This document shows, in pieces, positions 11,701 to 24,814 of a DNA stretch of 64,000 bases. The notes under the pieces were generated by a model that saw only the letters and a program-made list of their open reading frames with translations, did no database searches and was not told where the DNA came from. Source of the stretch: Calcarisporiella thermophila CBS 279.70 (taxonomy: Eukaryota > Fungi > Calcarisporiellomycota); contig NW_027192194.1 in NCBI RefSeq assembly GCF_041956535.1, forward strand, positions 943,103 to 1,007,102, read 5' to 3'. The stretch's first letter is position 1, and the number at the start of each line of letters is the position of its first letter. The position numbers were made by a program, and so were the translations under genes.

Positions 11701-13776
11701 TGATGATGAGGCCGAAGTTAACAGTACGTAGAATAGACGAATTTTGTATCCCGTTCAAAGACACTTTAATAATCCATAATGACCGTAATTCTAGCACCGC
11801 TTCACGTTCTTCCCCTCTACTCGCTCCTCCCTACCTCTGCACAAATGCGTGTCTTCCAGCCTCCACCCGAAGGGACTCGCTTGTGCGTGGTTGCGACCAA
11901 CGTAGCAGAAACTTCCCTCACTATTCCCGATATCAAATATGTTGTCGATTGTGGTCGTGTGAAAGAGGTGAGCTATATTTCGAGGATGGGATGCCTATGA
12001 TATTGTTAACTCTTCATTCATATTTAATCATAGCGGCAATACGATCCGCAATCGGGTGTGCAATCATTTGAAATAGGATGGACCTCCAAGGCATCCGCCG
12101 ATCAGGTCAGTATACGATCGATAAGCGTGTGCGCAGAGTGTGCTATTAATACCCTCTTTCTGCTTTAGCGAGCTGGGCGTGCAGGTCGTACCCAAGCAGG
12201 CCACTGTTATCGCCTGTATTCCTCGGCGGTGTTCGATAACGAATTCCAGAAATTCAGCATCCCAGAAATCAATCGGATACCTATCGAAGGTACTCTATCC
12301 TTTTGGAAAAGAAAATTGAAGCAACTATGTACAACTAAACTTGAAACCGGATATTTTACACTAGGGGTTGTACTTCAAATGAAAGCGATGAATATAGATA
12401 ACGTCATGAATTTCCCATTCCCCTCTCCTCCCGATCGCAGTGCTTTGAAAAAAGCAGAGCAGGTATATTGAACTATAACGGGAACCAAATACTAATACAT
12501 GCAAATGTAATTAATACTTGTTAACTTTCATGTCTAGCTCCTCGTATATCTGAGTGCACTTGAATCCGATTCAAAACGAATTACTGAAGTGGGCAGAACG
12601 ATGTCCATGTTCCCTCTTGCTCCGAGATTCTCAAAAATGTAGGCTTCGATCACAGTAACTTGATTATTTTTCAACCTTTCATATCCCCTTTATTGCTGTT
12701 TGACAATTTATTTTTATTTAACATATTCATATTAGGTTAACGATCGGAAGTCAGCACGGTTGCCTACCCTACGTGATCACCGTTGTGGCTGCGCTCTCAG
12801 TGGGCGATCCTTTTGTGCAAGATTATAATCTTGATTCCCACCACCCCGAAGATGACAATGAAGAAGACGAAGATGCGGAGGAACTATCCGAGATTAGAAA
12901 GGAAGAGGTTGCGGAGAAAGCACGCCGCAAGATTAACAGAAAAAAATACTACGAGACACAATTGGTACTCCCCTTTTTATTCTACTTAGTGAAGAAGGAT
13001 CTTTTGACCCAACTCTATCACAATCCTAGAAATATGCAGGCACCCCTGCGAACAGCGATATTCTCAAACTTCTCAACGTGGTCGGCGCCTATGAGTTCGG
13101 CGGAGCTAGTGATGCATTTTGCGATAAAAATTTCCTTCGTCTCAAAGCAATGCAAGAAATCCGCAAGCTGCGCAACCAAATTACCCAGCTGGTTCAAACT
13201 AACTGCCCCGGGGTTGACGTTTGTATTGACCCCAAAATGCGCCCCCCCACAGATGTCCAACGTCAGGCACTGAGACAAATCTTGGCTGCCGGGTTCATCG
13301 ACCAGGTTGCAGTGCGGAAGGATTTAGTGGCGGACGCAGAGAACGAGGGCACCGGGAAGAAACGGGAAAGACCCGCCTATGTCACACTTTGGTCTGACGA
13401 GGAGGCCTTCATTCATCCTACGTCAATCCTCCACCGGCAAGCACCGGATTTTGTGGTCTACAACGAGCTTTTCAAGACCTCTCGTGTGTGGCTGAAGGGA
13501 GTGACGGAGATCGAGGGTAAATGGCTAGCAAAGCTGGGACGGGTCCTCTGCTCTTATTCGAAACCACCGACCCCACGGTAAGTCCTAACTAAACCAAATC
13601 TGGTTTAATTCTCTGTCTTGACGCGTTCTTTGTTTTGCTATAGCCTGACAGAAAAGAGAAAAGAGATCGACTGTTATGTCACTCCATATTTTGGCCCCAA
13701 GGCATGGCCCCTTCCCTCGGTGCCTGCCTTGCAAAAGCGGGTAGGAACCCGTTGGACTTTCGAATTGAAACGATAG
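8749..13776 (+). CDS. DHR1: DEAH-box RNA helicase Dhr1/Ecm16/DHX37 (SSU processome)
   Basis: Many exons. Starts [14 protein letters not shown]; contains [56 protein letters not shown] and QRAGRAGR. Stop TAG 13774-13776. Confidence 0.95.
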
Positions 13777-14116
13777 ACAAATGACTTTCTTATAGATAGA
13801 CAATTTACCCTGTAATTTGCTTTTGTATATCTTATTCTATTAATATATATGGTAAGCACAAAACGAAGCTTTTGTTGAAAGAACGTGGTATCGTTTTCTT
13901 CGGAAAATCTTCACACGATACTCTTAAACCGCGTCTCACTCGCAACATTTTTTTTTGTGGGGTAAACTGTCCCAACCTCTCCAAAATTGTGCAACTCTCG
14001 AGCCTGGGAAAAAAAGCCATATGGCTTCCTTCCCTTTAAATTGGGTCTTCGACGGAATTTTGCCACTATTTTTCGAAAGATTTATATTATTATTGTGAAA
14101 AGACTGGTATCGTGAT

Positions 14117-16194
14117 ATGAACGCGCAACTTGGCTTCTTTAATATTCCCCCTATTGAAAACGAGCCGCTGGTAAGAATCGAGACGGGCAAATGAGGACTT
14201 GGAGAATTGTTGGTTGAATTCTCTTCACCCATAGCAACATTTTGCCCCTGGGTCCGCCGAGCGGGCTAAACTTGAGGGTGCAATCAAAGAGCTTCGTTCG
14301 CAAATGCCATTTGAGGTTCCTTGCGTAGTAAATGGGCAAAAGGTTTTAAAATGCGACTTTGCACCCTTTTGAATGGTTTTGCTTTGAGCTTACTTATGAA
14401 GTAGGTGACGACATGCGAAGTTCTCGAGCAGCGTATCCCGTATGAACACAAGAGCGTTGTCTGCCGTTATCACGCGGCAGATACCCTAACCGTGGAAAAG
14501 GCGGTCCAAGGTGCTCTGACAGCAAAGGAAAAATGGGAAAAAATGCCTTGGATTGACCGCGCAGCTATATTCTTAAAGGCCGCAGACTTGCTCTCAACCA
14601 AATACCGGTACAAAATTTTGGCCGCCACTATGCTTGGACAAGGTAACATAGCCTAGCGGCTGCTAGAGATGGGCACTAAAGCATGCGCGTGCTAACGCTA
14701 TCGCATGATGGGTTGTAGGAAAAAATGCCTGGCAAGCTGAGATAGATGCCGCCGTAGAACTCTGTGACTTTTGGCGCTTCGCCGTCCAGTTTACTGATGA
14801 ACTATATCGCCAACAGCCCCCTAAAAACCCGAAAGGAATGTGGAATCGGCTTGAATATCGAGCCTTGGAAGGATTCATCTACGCTATTTCACCCTTCAAT
14901 TTTACAGCCATTGGAGGTAATCTTGGCACGACCCCCGCCATCCTTGGAAATGTCGTTTTGCACAAGCCATCGGATTATGCGGTTCTTTCGAACTACTTTA
15001 TCTACGAACTAATGGAGGAAGCGGGGCTTCCAAAGGGGGTGGTTCAATTCTTGCCTGGATCTGCACCAGCAATCACGGATCAGCTCCTCGCACATCCCGA
15101 TTTTGCCGCCTTAGCATTCACCGGGTCAACCCAGGTTTTCCGTCAACTATGGAAAAAAGTCGGTGCAAATATGGATATTTATCGTGGCTATCCTCGTATC
15201 GTGGGCGAAACTGGTGGAAAGAACTTCCATGTCGTGCACAGTTCCGCAGACATTCGTCAGGTCGCGCTACAGACGGTGCGTGGAGCATTTGAGTATCAGG
15301 GACAGAAGTGCAGTGCTACATCGCGGGTGTACGTGCCCGATACGATCTGGGAGAAGCTAAAAGAAGAGCTTCTCCATGAACATGCGAAAATTAAAATGGG
15401 AACGCCTGAAGGTAATTAAATTATAATTTTACTCTACCAGCGCCCTCACTGACCTATTCTATTTGATGGCTTTCGTATATTAAAGATTTTAAGAATTTCA
15501 TGGGCCCGGTTATTCACAGACAAGCATTCAATAAAATACAAGCCTATATAAAAGAGACGGTGGCCGACCCTGATTGTCAGATTATTGCTGGTGGTAAATG
15601 CGACGATTCTGTTGGCTACTTCGTCGAGCCCACCATTATTGTGACGAAAAATCCCAGATCAAAAACAATGGTAAAGGCGCCTTTTTTCCCGCGCTTCCGT
15701 CATTGAAAATATTTGGTTGATCAAAGCACTGTGTATTTACACAATGTATTCCTAGGTGGATGAAATCTTCGGCCCCGTAGTAACCATCTATGTCTACAAA
15801 TCAGAAGATTTTGACCAAGTCCTACATCTCGTAAATGAAACAACTGGATACGCGCTCACCGGGTCCATTTTTGCCAAAGATCGAGAGATAATAGCGCATG
15901 CTACAGAGGTATTGCGGCATGCTGCAGGAAACTTCTACGTGAACGACAAATGCACAGGCAGCGTGGTTGGACAACAACCCTTCGGTGGAGGTAGAGGATC
16001 GGGCACCAATGATAAGGCGGGGAGTGCAAGTTTCGTGAGTGTTGCAAGCCTTGAAAATCACTCCTGTTCAGCCATACTAATTCTGTTGCATCGGTATCAT
16101 ATTTTTAAAGCTCCAGCGATTTGTGTCTACTCGTACTATCAAAGAAAATTTCGCTCTACTCGACGAATTTGCATATATTTCAAATCAATCTTAG
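14117..16194 (+). CDS. PUT2: Delta-1-pyrroline-5-carboxylate dehydrogenase (ALDH4)
   Basis: Spliced gene containing NEP, YAISPFNFTAIGGNL, AFTGST, GETGGKNFH, AFEYQGQKCSA, EIFGPV and GQQPFGGGRGSGTNDKAG. Confidence 0.95.
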
Positions 16195-16445
16195 TTTGGG
16201 AATTATGTTTAGTTACCGTTTATCTAACCAGTTGGTATACCGCCATATATTTATGTTTTCTATTATTTCGAAATGCTTACTATCAAGAGGCATTGATATT
16301 CCTCAGGTCGTATAATAAACTAGTCCAATTTCCATCCTTAGTTTCAGAATTCAAAGCCCCTCGATTAAAACGAGTCACAAAATATTCTGCATGTAAATAC
16401 TCACTTGTCAATCTTTGGCCACCGCTTCGTTCTTACCATAAAAAA

Positions 16446-18211
16446 ATGACAATGGAATCGTCTGCTGAAACACCCGAGCAGAAGCCACGAAAGCGCTTTG
16501 TTGGGCGGGCACGTCGTATGAAAGATTCTGGAGGAGAAACTAATGAGATTGAAAATGCTGCTGTTGCAGTAAATGGTAGGTATATTACTATTACTGTAAA
16601 GGATAGGCTATCAAAGATTACATTTCCGTATCCCTTATATTAAAATTAGCTTCACAAACCTCTTCCAAGAGTCGCTTGGTGAACCAAGTCCCTGATGAAA
16701 TTCTCAATGATCCATTACTCAACAAAGCTATTGAGCAGGTACTGATTGATCATCTTTCGGATCTCCTCATGTAGGCACTATAATAATCTACTCTCTCTAT
16801 AGCTTCCGTCAAATTACAATTTCGAAATCCACAAATCTGTCTGGAACATTAAGAAAGCAGAGGCTAAGAAAGGTAATACACCTGACCTACGGGAACATTA
16901 TAATTTCCTCTAATGTGCATATACTATTTTAGTCGCCCTTCAGTTCCCAGAGGGCCTTTTAATGTTTGCCTGCACCATAGCTGATATAATAGAGCGATTT
17001 TGTGGGGCTGAAACTCTTGTGATGGGTGATGTGACCTATGGGGCCTGCTGTGTCGATGATTACACCGCACGAGCCTTGGGATGTGATTTTATGGTTCACT
17101 ATGGCCACAGTTGTTTAAGTATGCTCTAACAGAATATTTTTCATCCCCCTTTAACACAATAACTGAATTGTCTCCTCTTTGATGAACAGTTCCTATTGAT
17201 GTAACCACTATAAAAACAATGTACGTCTTTGTCGATATTGGAATCGATACCAAGCATTTCATTGACACCGTGCATCGAAACTTCGACGCTGGAAAACGCT
17301 TAGCGATTGTGGGGACAATACAGTTTGCTTCTGCAATCCAGGTACGTTCTGGCATAGCTATTCATCTAGCCCCATTCCTCCATAGCTTATCTTTCTCTGA
17401 AAAGGCATCTAAACGCGTTCTCGAATCGGAGTATAATATTTTCATACCTCAAATCAAGCCTCTTTCGCCTGGAGAAATTCTTGGATGCACATCTCCAAAA
17501 TTCCCTCCTGGCACCGTGGATGCACTCCTATACCTAGGCGATGGGCGTTTCCATCTCGAATCAGCTATGATATCAAACCCGACACTCCCTGCATTCCGCT
17601 ATGATCCCTACTCCAAAAAGTTCACAAGAGAGCGATACGAGCACGCAGAGATGCACCAACTGCGCCAACATGCAATTGAGGTTGCAAAAAAAGCTACTCG
17701 TTGGGGACTTATCCTTGGGTCATTGGGAAGACAAGGTAGTCCAAAGGTGATGGAGCATTTAGAGGCTAAGATTAAGGAAAGAGGCTTTGACTGTACCACC
17801 ATTTTGCTCTCTGAAATATTTCCGAGCAAGTTAGCGCAGTTTTCGGATGTGGAAGCGTAAGTAGTAACATCCTCATCCATTCACACGCTTTCCATTTTTA
17901 ATCACTCAAAATTGTCGGATAGTTGGGTCCAGATTGCTTGCCCTCGCCTATCAGTCGATTGGGGTTATGCGTTTCCACGACCTCTACTTTCACCTTACGA
18001 GGCCTCGGTTGCGCTCTGTGAAGTGGATTGGCAAGAGGTCTATCCCATGGATTTCTATGCCAACACGAGCTTGGGGCCATGGACACCAAATCATGGCAAG
18101 GATAAACGGCCGGTCCGGAATGGAGCGTCGAGGAAGGCGGATGCGACACGAACAAAACTTTCCGAGGTGAAGAGCCCAGCCCCAACAAGTGTGCCTACCG
18201 CAACAATTTGA
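16446..18211 (+). CDS. DPH1: Diphthamide biosynthesis protein 1
   Basis: [77 protein letters not shown] and YPMDFYA. Confidence 0.95.
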
Positions 18212-18552
18212 CGTGTATTGAATTATCTTTTGTATTCCGTTGTCACCCGTTAATTCATTTAGAATTATAGATCATAATTAGCATCATTTCATTTACAAAT
18301 GGAGGGAGCCATACACAGCCTAAAACTAAAAAAAAAAAATAACCATAAAAATAGAGAGTACAACAAAGAACTGAAAATGGTATAAAAGATATCAGTACAT
18401 ATTCGGAAAAAAACGAGAGTAATGAGAATTATAAACATAAATTAAAATAAAGAGTGCCAGTTACACAGCAAATACAAGTAACTCGCACCATGAAAAGTCG
18501 GTTGAATGAAAACCAAACCTCGTTCACCTGTCCAAATTGACCTTGTTCATAT

Positions 18553-19198
18553 TCAGCTTCGATTGAGTGCAAATAGGACCACCACTATTATGACGAAAGC
18601 CACTCCAATTTCCATAACAGTTTCGGCAAGCTTCTTGCGTTGGTGCCGCTTTGCATCGCGAGGAAATATTCGCTGGGGTACTTTAATTGGTGTTGACTCT
18701 GTCTGGATGAACTGCTCCTCGAGGGGATTGTATTCCGCTCCCTGTGGATAAGGAGTCCGGGGCTGGGGAGTATGTGGTTCAGCTAGTTTGGATTCTAAAG
18801 GAGGAATGAAAAACATTATCGGCACTCCTAGCGTTAATGGTGTACTAGGAAGTGGCTTTACCAGGAGTGAAATCCACGCTCTTGGATGAATTTTGCCGTC
18901 TATTCGTCCGCAAAATGCCAGACATTCTCTCCTCCCCCCTTCTCTTCTCCAGCTCCAAATTCCACTCATGGGTAAACTTATTAGAAGGAAGGGGGATTCG
19001 CATCTCCATCTTGGCGGATTTCTTTTCGTGGAACCGTGAGGATGAATTTTGATTGAGACCATCTTTATCTAAGCTTTCAACGGACAAAACTGTGGTAGGG
19101 ATGTCGGAGGAAGTGGAGACATGGACAACATTTTCGGGCGGATTCGAGGTAGAGTCGCAGTTTGGCTGCTGCTGATTCTGGGGCCGGCATTCATCCAT
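18553..19198 (-). CDS. Uncharacterised protein with a C-terminal transmembrane anchor
   Basis: ORF 18845-19198 joins ORF 18553-19062 through a GT-AG intron (about 18784-18861). Disordered N-terminus; ends VMEIGVAFVIIVVVLFALNRS*. Confidence 0.6.
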
Positions 19199-19747
19199 CT
19201 TACAAAGAAGTCAAGTCGTGGAAAGAAGGATTGATTTGAATTTGATGAGAAATGAGTAATGGTTTCATATTCATTTAAATAACTGGGGAAGAGAATTTAT
19301 TATACATATTAAAACTTACCTGACATCATTGCCTCCTCTGTGTCCTATCCCCAATCCGGCATTTTGGAGGATATTGCAATGTATTTGGCCCAAAACAAAC
19401 CCTAACTTTGCCTCGCGAATATCCAGAAAAATCTTGATAATTTAGCCCCATGCTACCTTAAGATCTCATTCTAAAATGGTCGAAGTGGCTGCTGGCATTC
19501 TCGTCATCGCCATTTATCACACGAAATTTGCATCCGAGCTTTCTAAACTCCGCTGGCGTATTTATCCTACCTGCCCTCAACTCTTCTTACTCAGCAAACG
19601 CGCATTATTATTTCCGGTTCGCGCATAGAAAAGCAGGGGCTCTTGTCGAAATATTTTTCTCGTTTTTCCTTTTTCTCGCGCCTTCTTCTTCCAACCTCGA
19701 CTTCTAACTTTTCCAGAGTACTGAAAAAACGTGAAATCTAATTTACA

Positions 19748-20592
19748 ATGTCTTACAAACTCCCCTCGCTTCCCTACGACTATACGGCTCTCGAGCCCTT
19801 TGTCGACACCACGACCATGCATTTGCATCACGAAAAACACCATCAAACCTATATTAATAATCTGAACGCAGCACTTGCAAATGTATGGCATTCACTAATA
19901 TTATGATTTATCAAATTGACACATTGTTTAATCCAATGGTTCTGTTTAGGTTCAGGGTACAGATGCCTCGGATATTCTTGCTATCCAACGCGCAATTGCA
20001 AAATTGCCCGCTGCAGTCCGTAACAATGGTAAGAATGATTTGGCATAGACTAGATACGTCAGAAATTCTAACGGTATCTTTTTCTCAGGTGGCGGTCACT
20101 ACAACCACTCTTTGTTCTGGACCTGGATGTGCAAACCCGGAGAGAGCAATACAAAGCCTACCGGAACGGTATGCAAGTTTATTAGCAAGATATTTAAGTC
20201 AGTACGTCGTCTCTAACTGAAAGGATTATATCCTTTAGCTTGCCCGCAAGATTGACGAGGACTTTGGCTCCTTTGAAAACTTGAAGAAGGACTTCTCCCA
20301 GGCCGCCATTACACGATTTGGAAGTGGCTGGGCATGGCTCGGAGTTGATCAAACCGGAAAGCTGGCCGTGACATCCACACCCAACCAGGACAATCCTCTG
20401 ATGGCTGGTGTTGTCGACAAGGAAGTAATCCCCATTCTCGGCTTGGACGTCTGGGAGCACGCCTACTATCTCAAGTACCAGAATCGCCGCCCCGAGTATG
20501 TAGAAAACTGGTGGAATGTAGTTAACTGGGATAAAGTTGTGGAGTACTATGAACAGTATGCATCCAAGGGACAAGCCGTTCCTTTGGCTTGA
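19748..20592 (+). CDS. Manganese superoxide dismutase (Fe/Mn-SOD family), no targeting peptide, SodA-like
   Basis: Exons 19748-19882, 19950-20028, 20089-20168, 20239-20592 (215 aa). Contains [54 protein letters not shown] and DVWEHAYY. Confidence 0.95.
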
Positions 20593-22133
20593 CTGCATGG
20601 TAGCCATCTATGAATAGGCTTTGACAAAGCCCTTCGGCAGAAAAGTTTTTAATGAGTCAGATCATACTAGTAGTTTCTTTTTTCGTACCATGAAAATTAT
20701 TTTCTTGCAACCGATACAAATAAAACAAAAAAAAATCATATTATGGCCATTTTTTTCACTATGCATGGCTTTTGCTTGAGCAAATCTACTTTGCGACATT
20801 TTGAATGGATTATGATTCTCAATATATCTTCATTTTAAGTGGGAATAATCGCCACTAACACGTGTCACTCTGGGTTTTACCTTGTATGTAGTGCTTACCC
20901 ACATTAAATTGTATCTTTATATCACCTCGCAAAATTGCGAGTAGGCGCATGACATCTAACCTCTGCAGGCCCAGTAGGCCCATCAACTCCTTAATAATTA
21001 TGTTAGGGTTGCCCGGGTTAAAATCATGCCACCAGTACAATAACTTCAGTTGATTCAGGGCGTTTAAGATTATATTTTTATCGGGTCCTTTGCTCATTCT
21101 GAAAGTATGAAATTCGGCTGTTTTCTTGTTATTTTAGCACGTATGGTAGCCATTCTTTTAAAGAGAATATACGATGCATACCAGAATGTTCCATATCTTA
21201 AATTTTGTGACAGACACCGAGCACCTCAACTATTCTTGCTTTGTTTACACTTCGGTGAACAGCATTTGAAAGATTCATTCTAACAAAATATTTCTTTGCC
21301 TACTATCAAACCTTGCTCATCGAAATCACTAGATTTCTAAGCAATGTTAGCGAATCAAAGAGGTTGTTATTGGCCAGCTAACAAAATGACCACAAAAGTG
21401 TAGAAAGATAACTTTGGTGGTGATAAGGTGTAGGCCTTGGGAGAAAACGATACAAAGGAGAAAATTCACAGTAGTTCAACACATTTCAGGACAAATAATG
21501 CTGTGATAAATGAACGCGTGTTTATTTTTGAAATGAAGTCGAGAAAGAGTAATTTTATGGAAACAAGAGTATTTGCTTCTTATTTATATATAAAGAGCTT
21601 CTACGTCATTATGTGTCGCAGCATTTTGATTGAATGTAAGTTGAATAACTAAGTTTGACAACCGACCATGTTTCAGGGCTTTTTGATATTTTGGAGTGCT
21701 CGGATTTACTTTGTAAATCAGGAAGGACTGGTAGCTATACAATAAATGTAATCAAAATTAAGATTGCAAAAATAAAAAAAAATTGATGATTGCTCGGCAA
21801 TCGAGTACATTATTATCTATTTTTATCAGCTATTTTGACATGGATCCAAACAGCCATTCTACATTAGATATTAAGCATGGTATATCCGATGTTTGACCAA
21901 GTTTTCCGGTTGGATTAAATGTGACTTTGAACTTGTTTATAGGCCTCACCCCTAAATCTGGATTAAACCGAGTGATTTACTTGGTTTATTCAGCTTTAAT
22001 TAAAGAGCGAAGGAACACAAAGGCAAGCCCTAATTTACTTTATATGAAATATTAGGATAAATTATCAAACAAACTATCAACATATTGAAGAAAATAGTAA
22101 CTAATTCACATACAAATTCCGTCCAAAGCTACC

Positions 22134-24814
22134 TCATAACACGTCATCCATCTCTCCCTCCATTGTGTCGTCCATTTCACCATAGTATTCATCTTCTCCA
22201 TCTAGGATATCTTCATCCTCCTCTACGAGGCCTTCTTCGTCCTCCTCATCATCATTGCCGTTTAAGAAGCGCTCAGCACGATTAAGGCCCTGTTTTGCTT
22301 GTTCATAATCGGAATTGATACTAAATAATATCAGAAAATTAGCGTATAGGTTTGAATGCAAGTCGAATATCTCTACCAACCTTAATGCCATATTATAATG
22401 CTGCATAGCGCGAGAATAATCATTCGCAAGCAGGCAAATGTCCCCAATGCGTGTATATATCATTTCGGCAGGATGATGATCTAGCTGACTACTTAAACTG
22501 GAAAAAAGAAATAGGATATATCAAACCCGAAAATCTTATGCTTTAGAGCCGCTATCCATACACTTCTATCGACTCCTCCCACATCTGTTCAAACACGTTT
22601 ACGGACACCAGTGCCATCACAGCCTCCAGACATCGTGGATCGATCTTTAAAGCGTCGTAGAATGCTTTTCGGGCCTAGTTTCAAGCAGAGATTACAATTA
22701 ATGAAAGCTTCAAGCGGGGAGTTGAGTCGGGAATAACACCTTATCTCGTGATTCAGCATTCTGTGAAAGCACAATTCCATACAATGTCAGTGCTCTTGGG
22801 TTGGTTGGCATCACCTCCATGATTTCTTGAGCAAGATTATATGCCTCTTGTGTCCTTCGGAGCCCAATTAATGTATCCACGAGCCCTGGGCATATAAGAA
22901 AATATAAAAAATGTTTTTGACCTTCAAAAAAAACTTTCTGCCTTTACCTTGATACACTTCGAAGCTCTGTGATAGCCTGTAGGCTTTTCGGTACACAAAG
23001 TTTGCCTCTGTAAACTGGTGTGTGGTGATCAGCAAAGTTCCTTTGTATAAATCATGTTTAGAGTATATATAAGGTGGCAATTGAATTACTAGCTCTCACC
23101 TTTCGTTATATATGAGGGGACGTGTTTTTCATTCAAGGATATCGCCTATTTCCAACGGCGTGTGAAAAATACATCTTTCCGGACAAAGCCAATGAAGTAC
23201 AAACCTTTTCCGCAAATAGCAGTGCTTTGTCGGTATCCTGCTTTAATTCACAATATCTTGCCATGGCTAACCAGGGTTCAGGCCTCTTGTCGTTAGTGAC
23301 CCGCAAGTCCTCCGCTAGCCTAAAAGTAGATCGTTTTCATATATTCAGGCCTGGAATAGAAAGACAAAAATCAAAAATAAGGAAATCTTACTTGTTGAGG
23401 CGCATGGTTTTGCCTTGAATTCGTAGTAGCTGCGCATATTTGTCCATTCCGTCAAGCATGTATGGGTCCAATGTTCTCACCTATTGGATCATGGTAAGAG
23501 AATGGAATTGAACAATATTAATACCCCAAGGTAGGATGAGTCAAGCGAGGTAAACACCTTTTGATAAGTAAGGGATGCTTCCGTGTGATTGATACATTGC
23601 ATGTGAAGATCTGCAATCAGGACAAGTAGCTCGACATTGTTTCCGTGCTTAAGCTCAAGGGCCTTGAGCCCTTTAAGTGCATCTATTATAAACATTAGGA
23701 AACTCTGATTCCAAAAAAAATTATATTAATGAGCTAGTACCATTGTAACCGTGGTTCGTGCGCTGGTATTCAGCTTCGATATATTTTTGCATCCACTCTT
23801 GTTCAGGGCATTCGGGTATTTGAGAAACTATTTCCTTCAGAGGAATCTTGTGCTTCAACAATCCAATGTAAGCCTCTATTGCGTGTGGCTGATACCTAAA
23901 AATAAAGGGATTAAATAATTGATATAGTACTTTCTATTCCGTGAGCATACCGTATAACTTCTTTGTAATATTCAACTGCGCGTCTGAATGGGTCATAGAT
24001 TAATTTTTTAAAAAACCGCTTCTCTCTACACAATTTTCGCACGCTCACCTTCTTTCACCAAGCTCCTCATTCACATTAGCCAGTAGTAAATACACCTGTG
24101 GTGTGCGTTGTTTGTCTGGAATGCTCTCAAGCTAATTTTCAGAAGAGAAAAAAAGTCATGTTTTCCTACATTCATTTGACTATCGAACAAGGATCCTCAC
24201 TATTGTTACTGCTTGAGGGAATTCCTTTATACTGATGCAGCATTTTGCGTATTTCACCCGAACCTCCGTGTCCCAACCCATTATCATTCGCTTCTTTGTA
24301 GATGCACGCGTTCGGGTGTGTTGAATCGCCTTTTCATAGTAATACTATACCATGTTAAAATACTTTTTGTTGAGATATCCGATTTATTGTTATGAAAATG
24401 CCATGTGGAATGAATTGAATACAAAGTTACCATTGCTCTGCGATACTCCTGCTCCTGATATAGGCAATTTGCATATACTACCAGAAATTCTGGTAGATAT
24501 TGGTTTACCATTGTTTCCGAGTTATGAGTCGCAGTCATTAACATGTTTGCCTTGTATACCGAGAAAAAAAATAATGACATGAGCTAAAAACGAGACCAAC
24601 TATTAACTAAAAAACGAAGTACCATCAATTTCGCAGACGCATAAAGACCGGCATCGTATAACGCGTTGACGCGCTCTAATGCTGTGGATAGATCTGAGCT
24701 AGGGGAGGCTGAGGGTATTGTGGAGGAGGACGGATTTTTGGAAATCTTTCCTCTGTTGCTAGTGTTCAGCGGATTTATGCTGGACATCTTTGGCTGTGAC
24801 GAGGTAGGCCGCAT
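22134..24814 (-). CDS. ANAPC7: Anaphase-promoting complex subunit 7 (TPR protein)
   Basis: Many short exons. LYDAGLYASAKLM, YANCLYQEQEYRRA, RTPQVYLLLA, QPHAIEAYIGLL, NNVELLVLIADL, DPYMLDGMDKYAQLL and RPEPWLAMARY match the APC7 TPR pattern; acidic C-terminal tail. Confidence 0.78.

Noticed and set aside
19314-19322. ACTTACCTG resembling the U1 snRNA 5' end
   Set aside because: No downstream U1 stem-loops; it is the reverse complement of a consensus 5' splice site of the minus-strand gene.
20771-21096. Two Mac1-type CuRE matches (TTTGCTCA) downstream of the SOD
   Set aside because: They lie 3' of the gene, and the same 8-mer occurs several more times in the window, including in coding sequence, so chance is sufficient.
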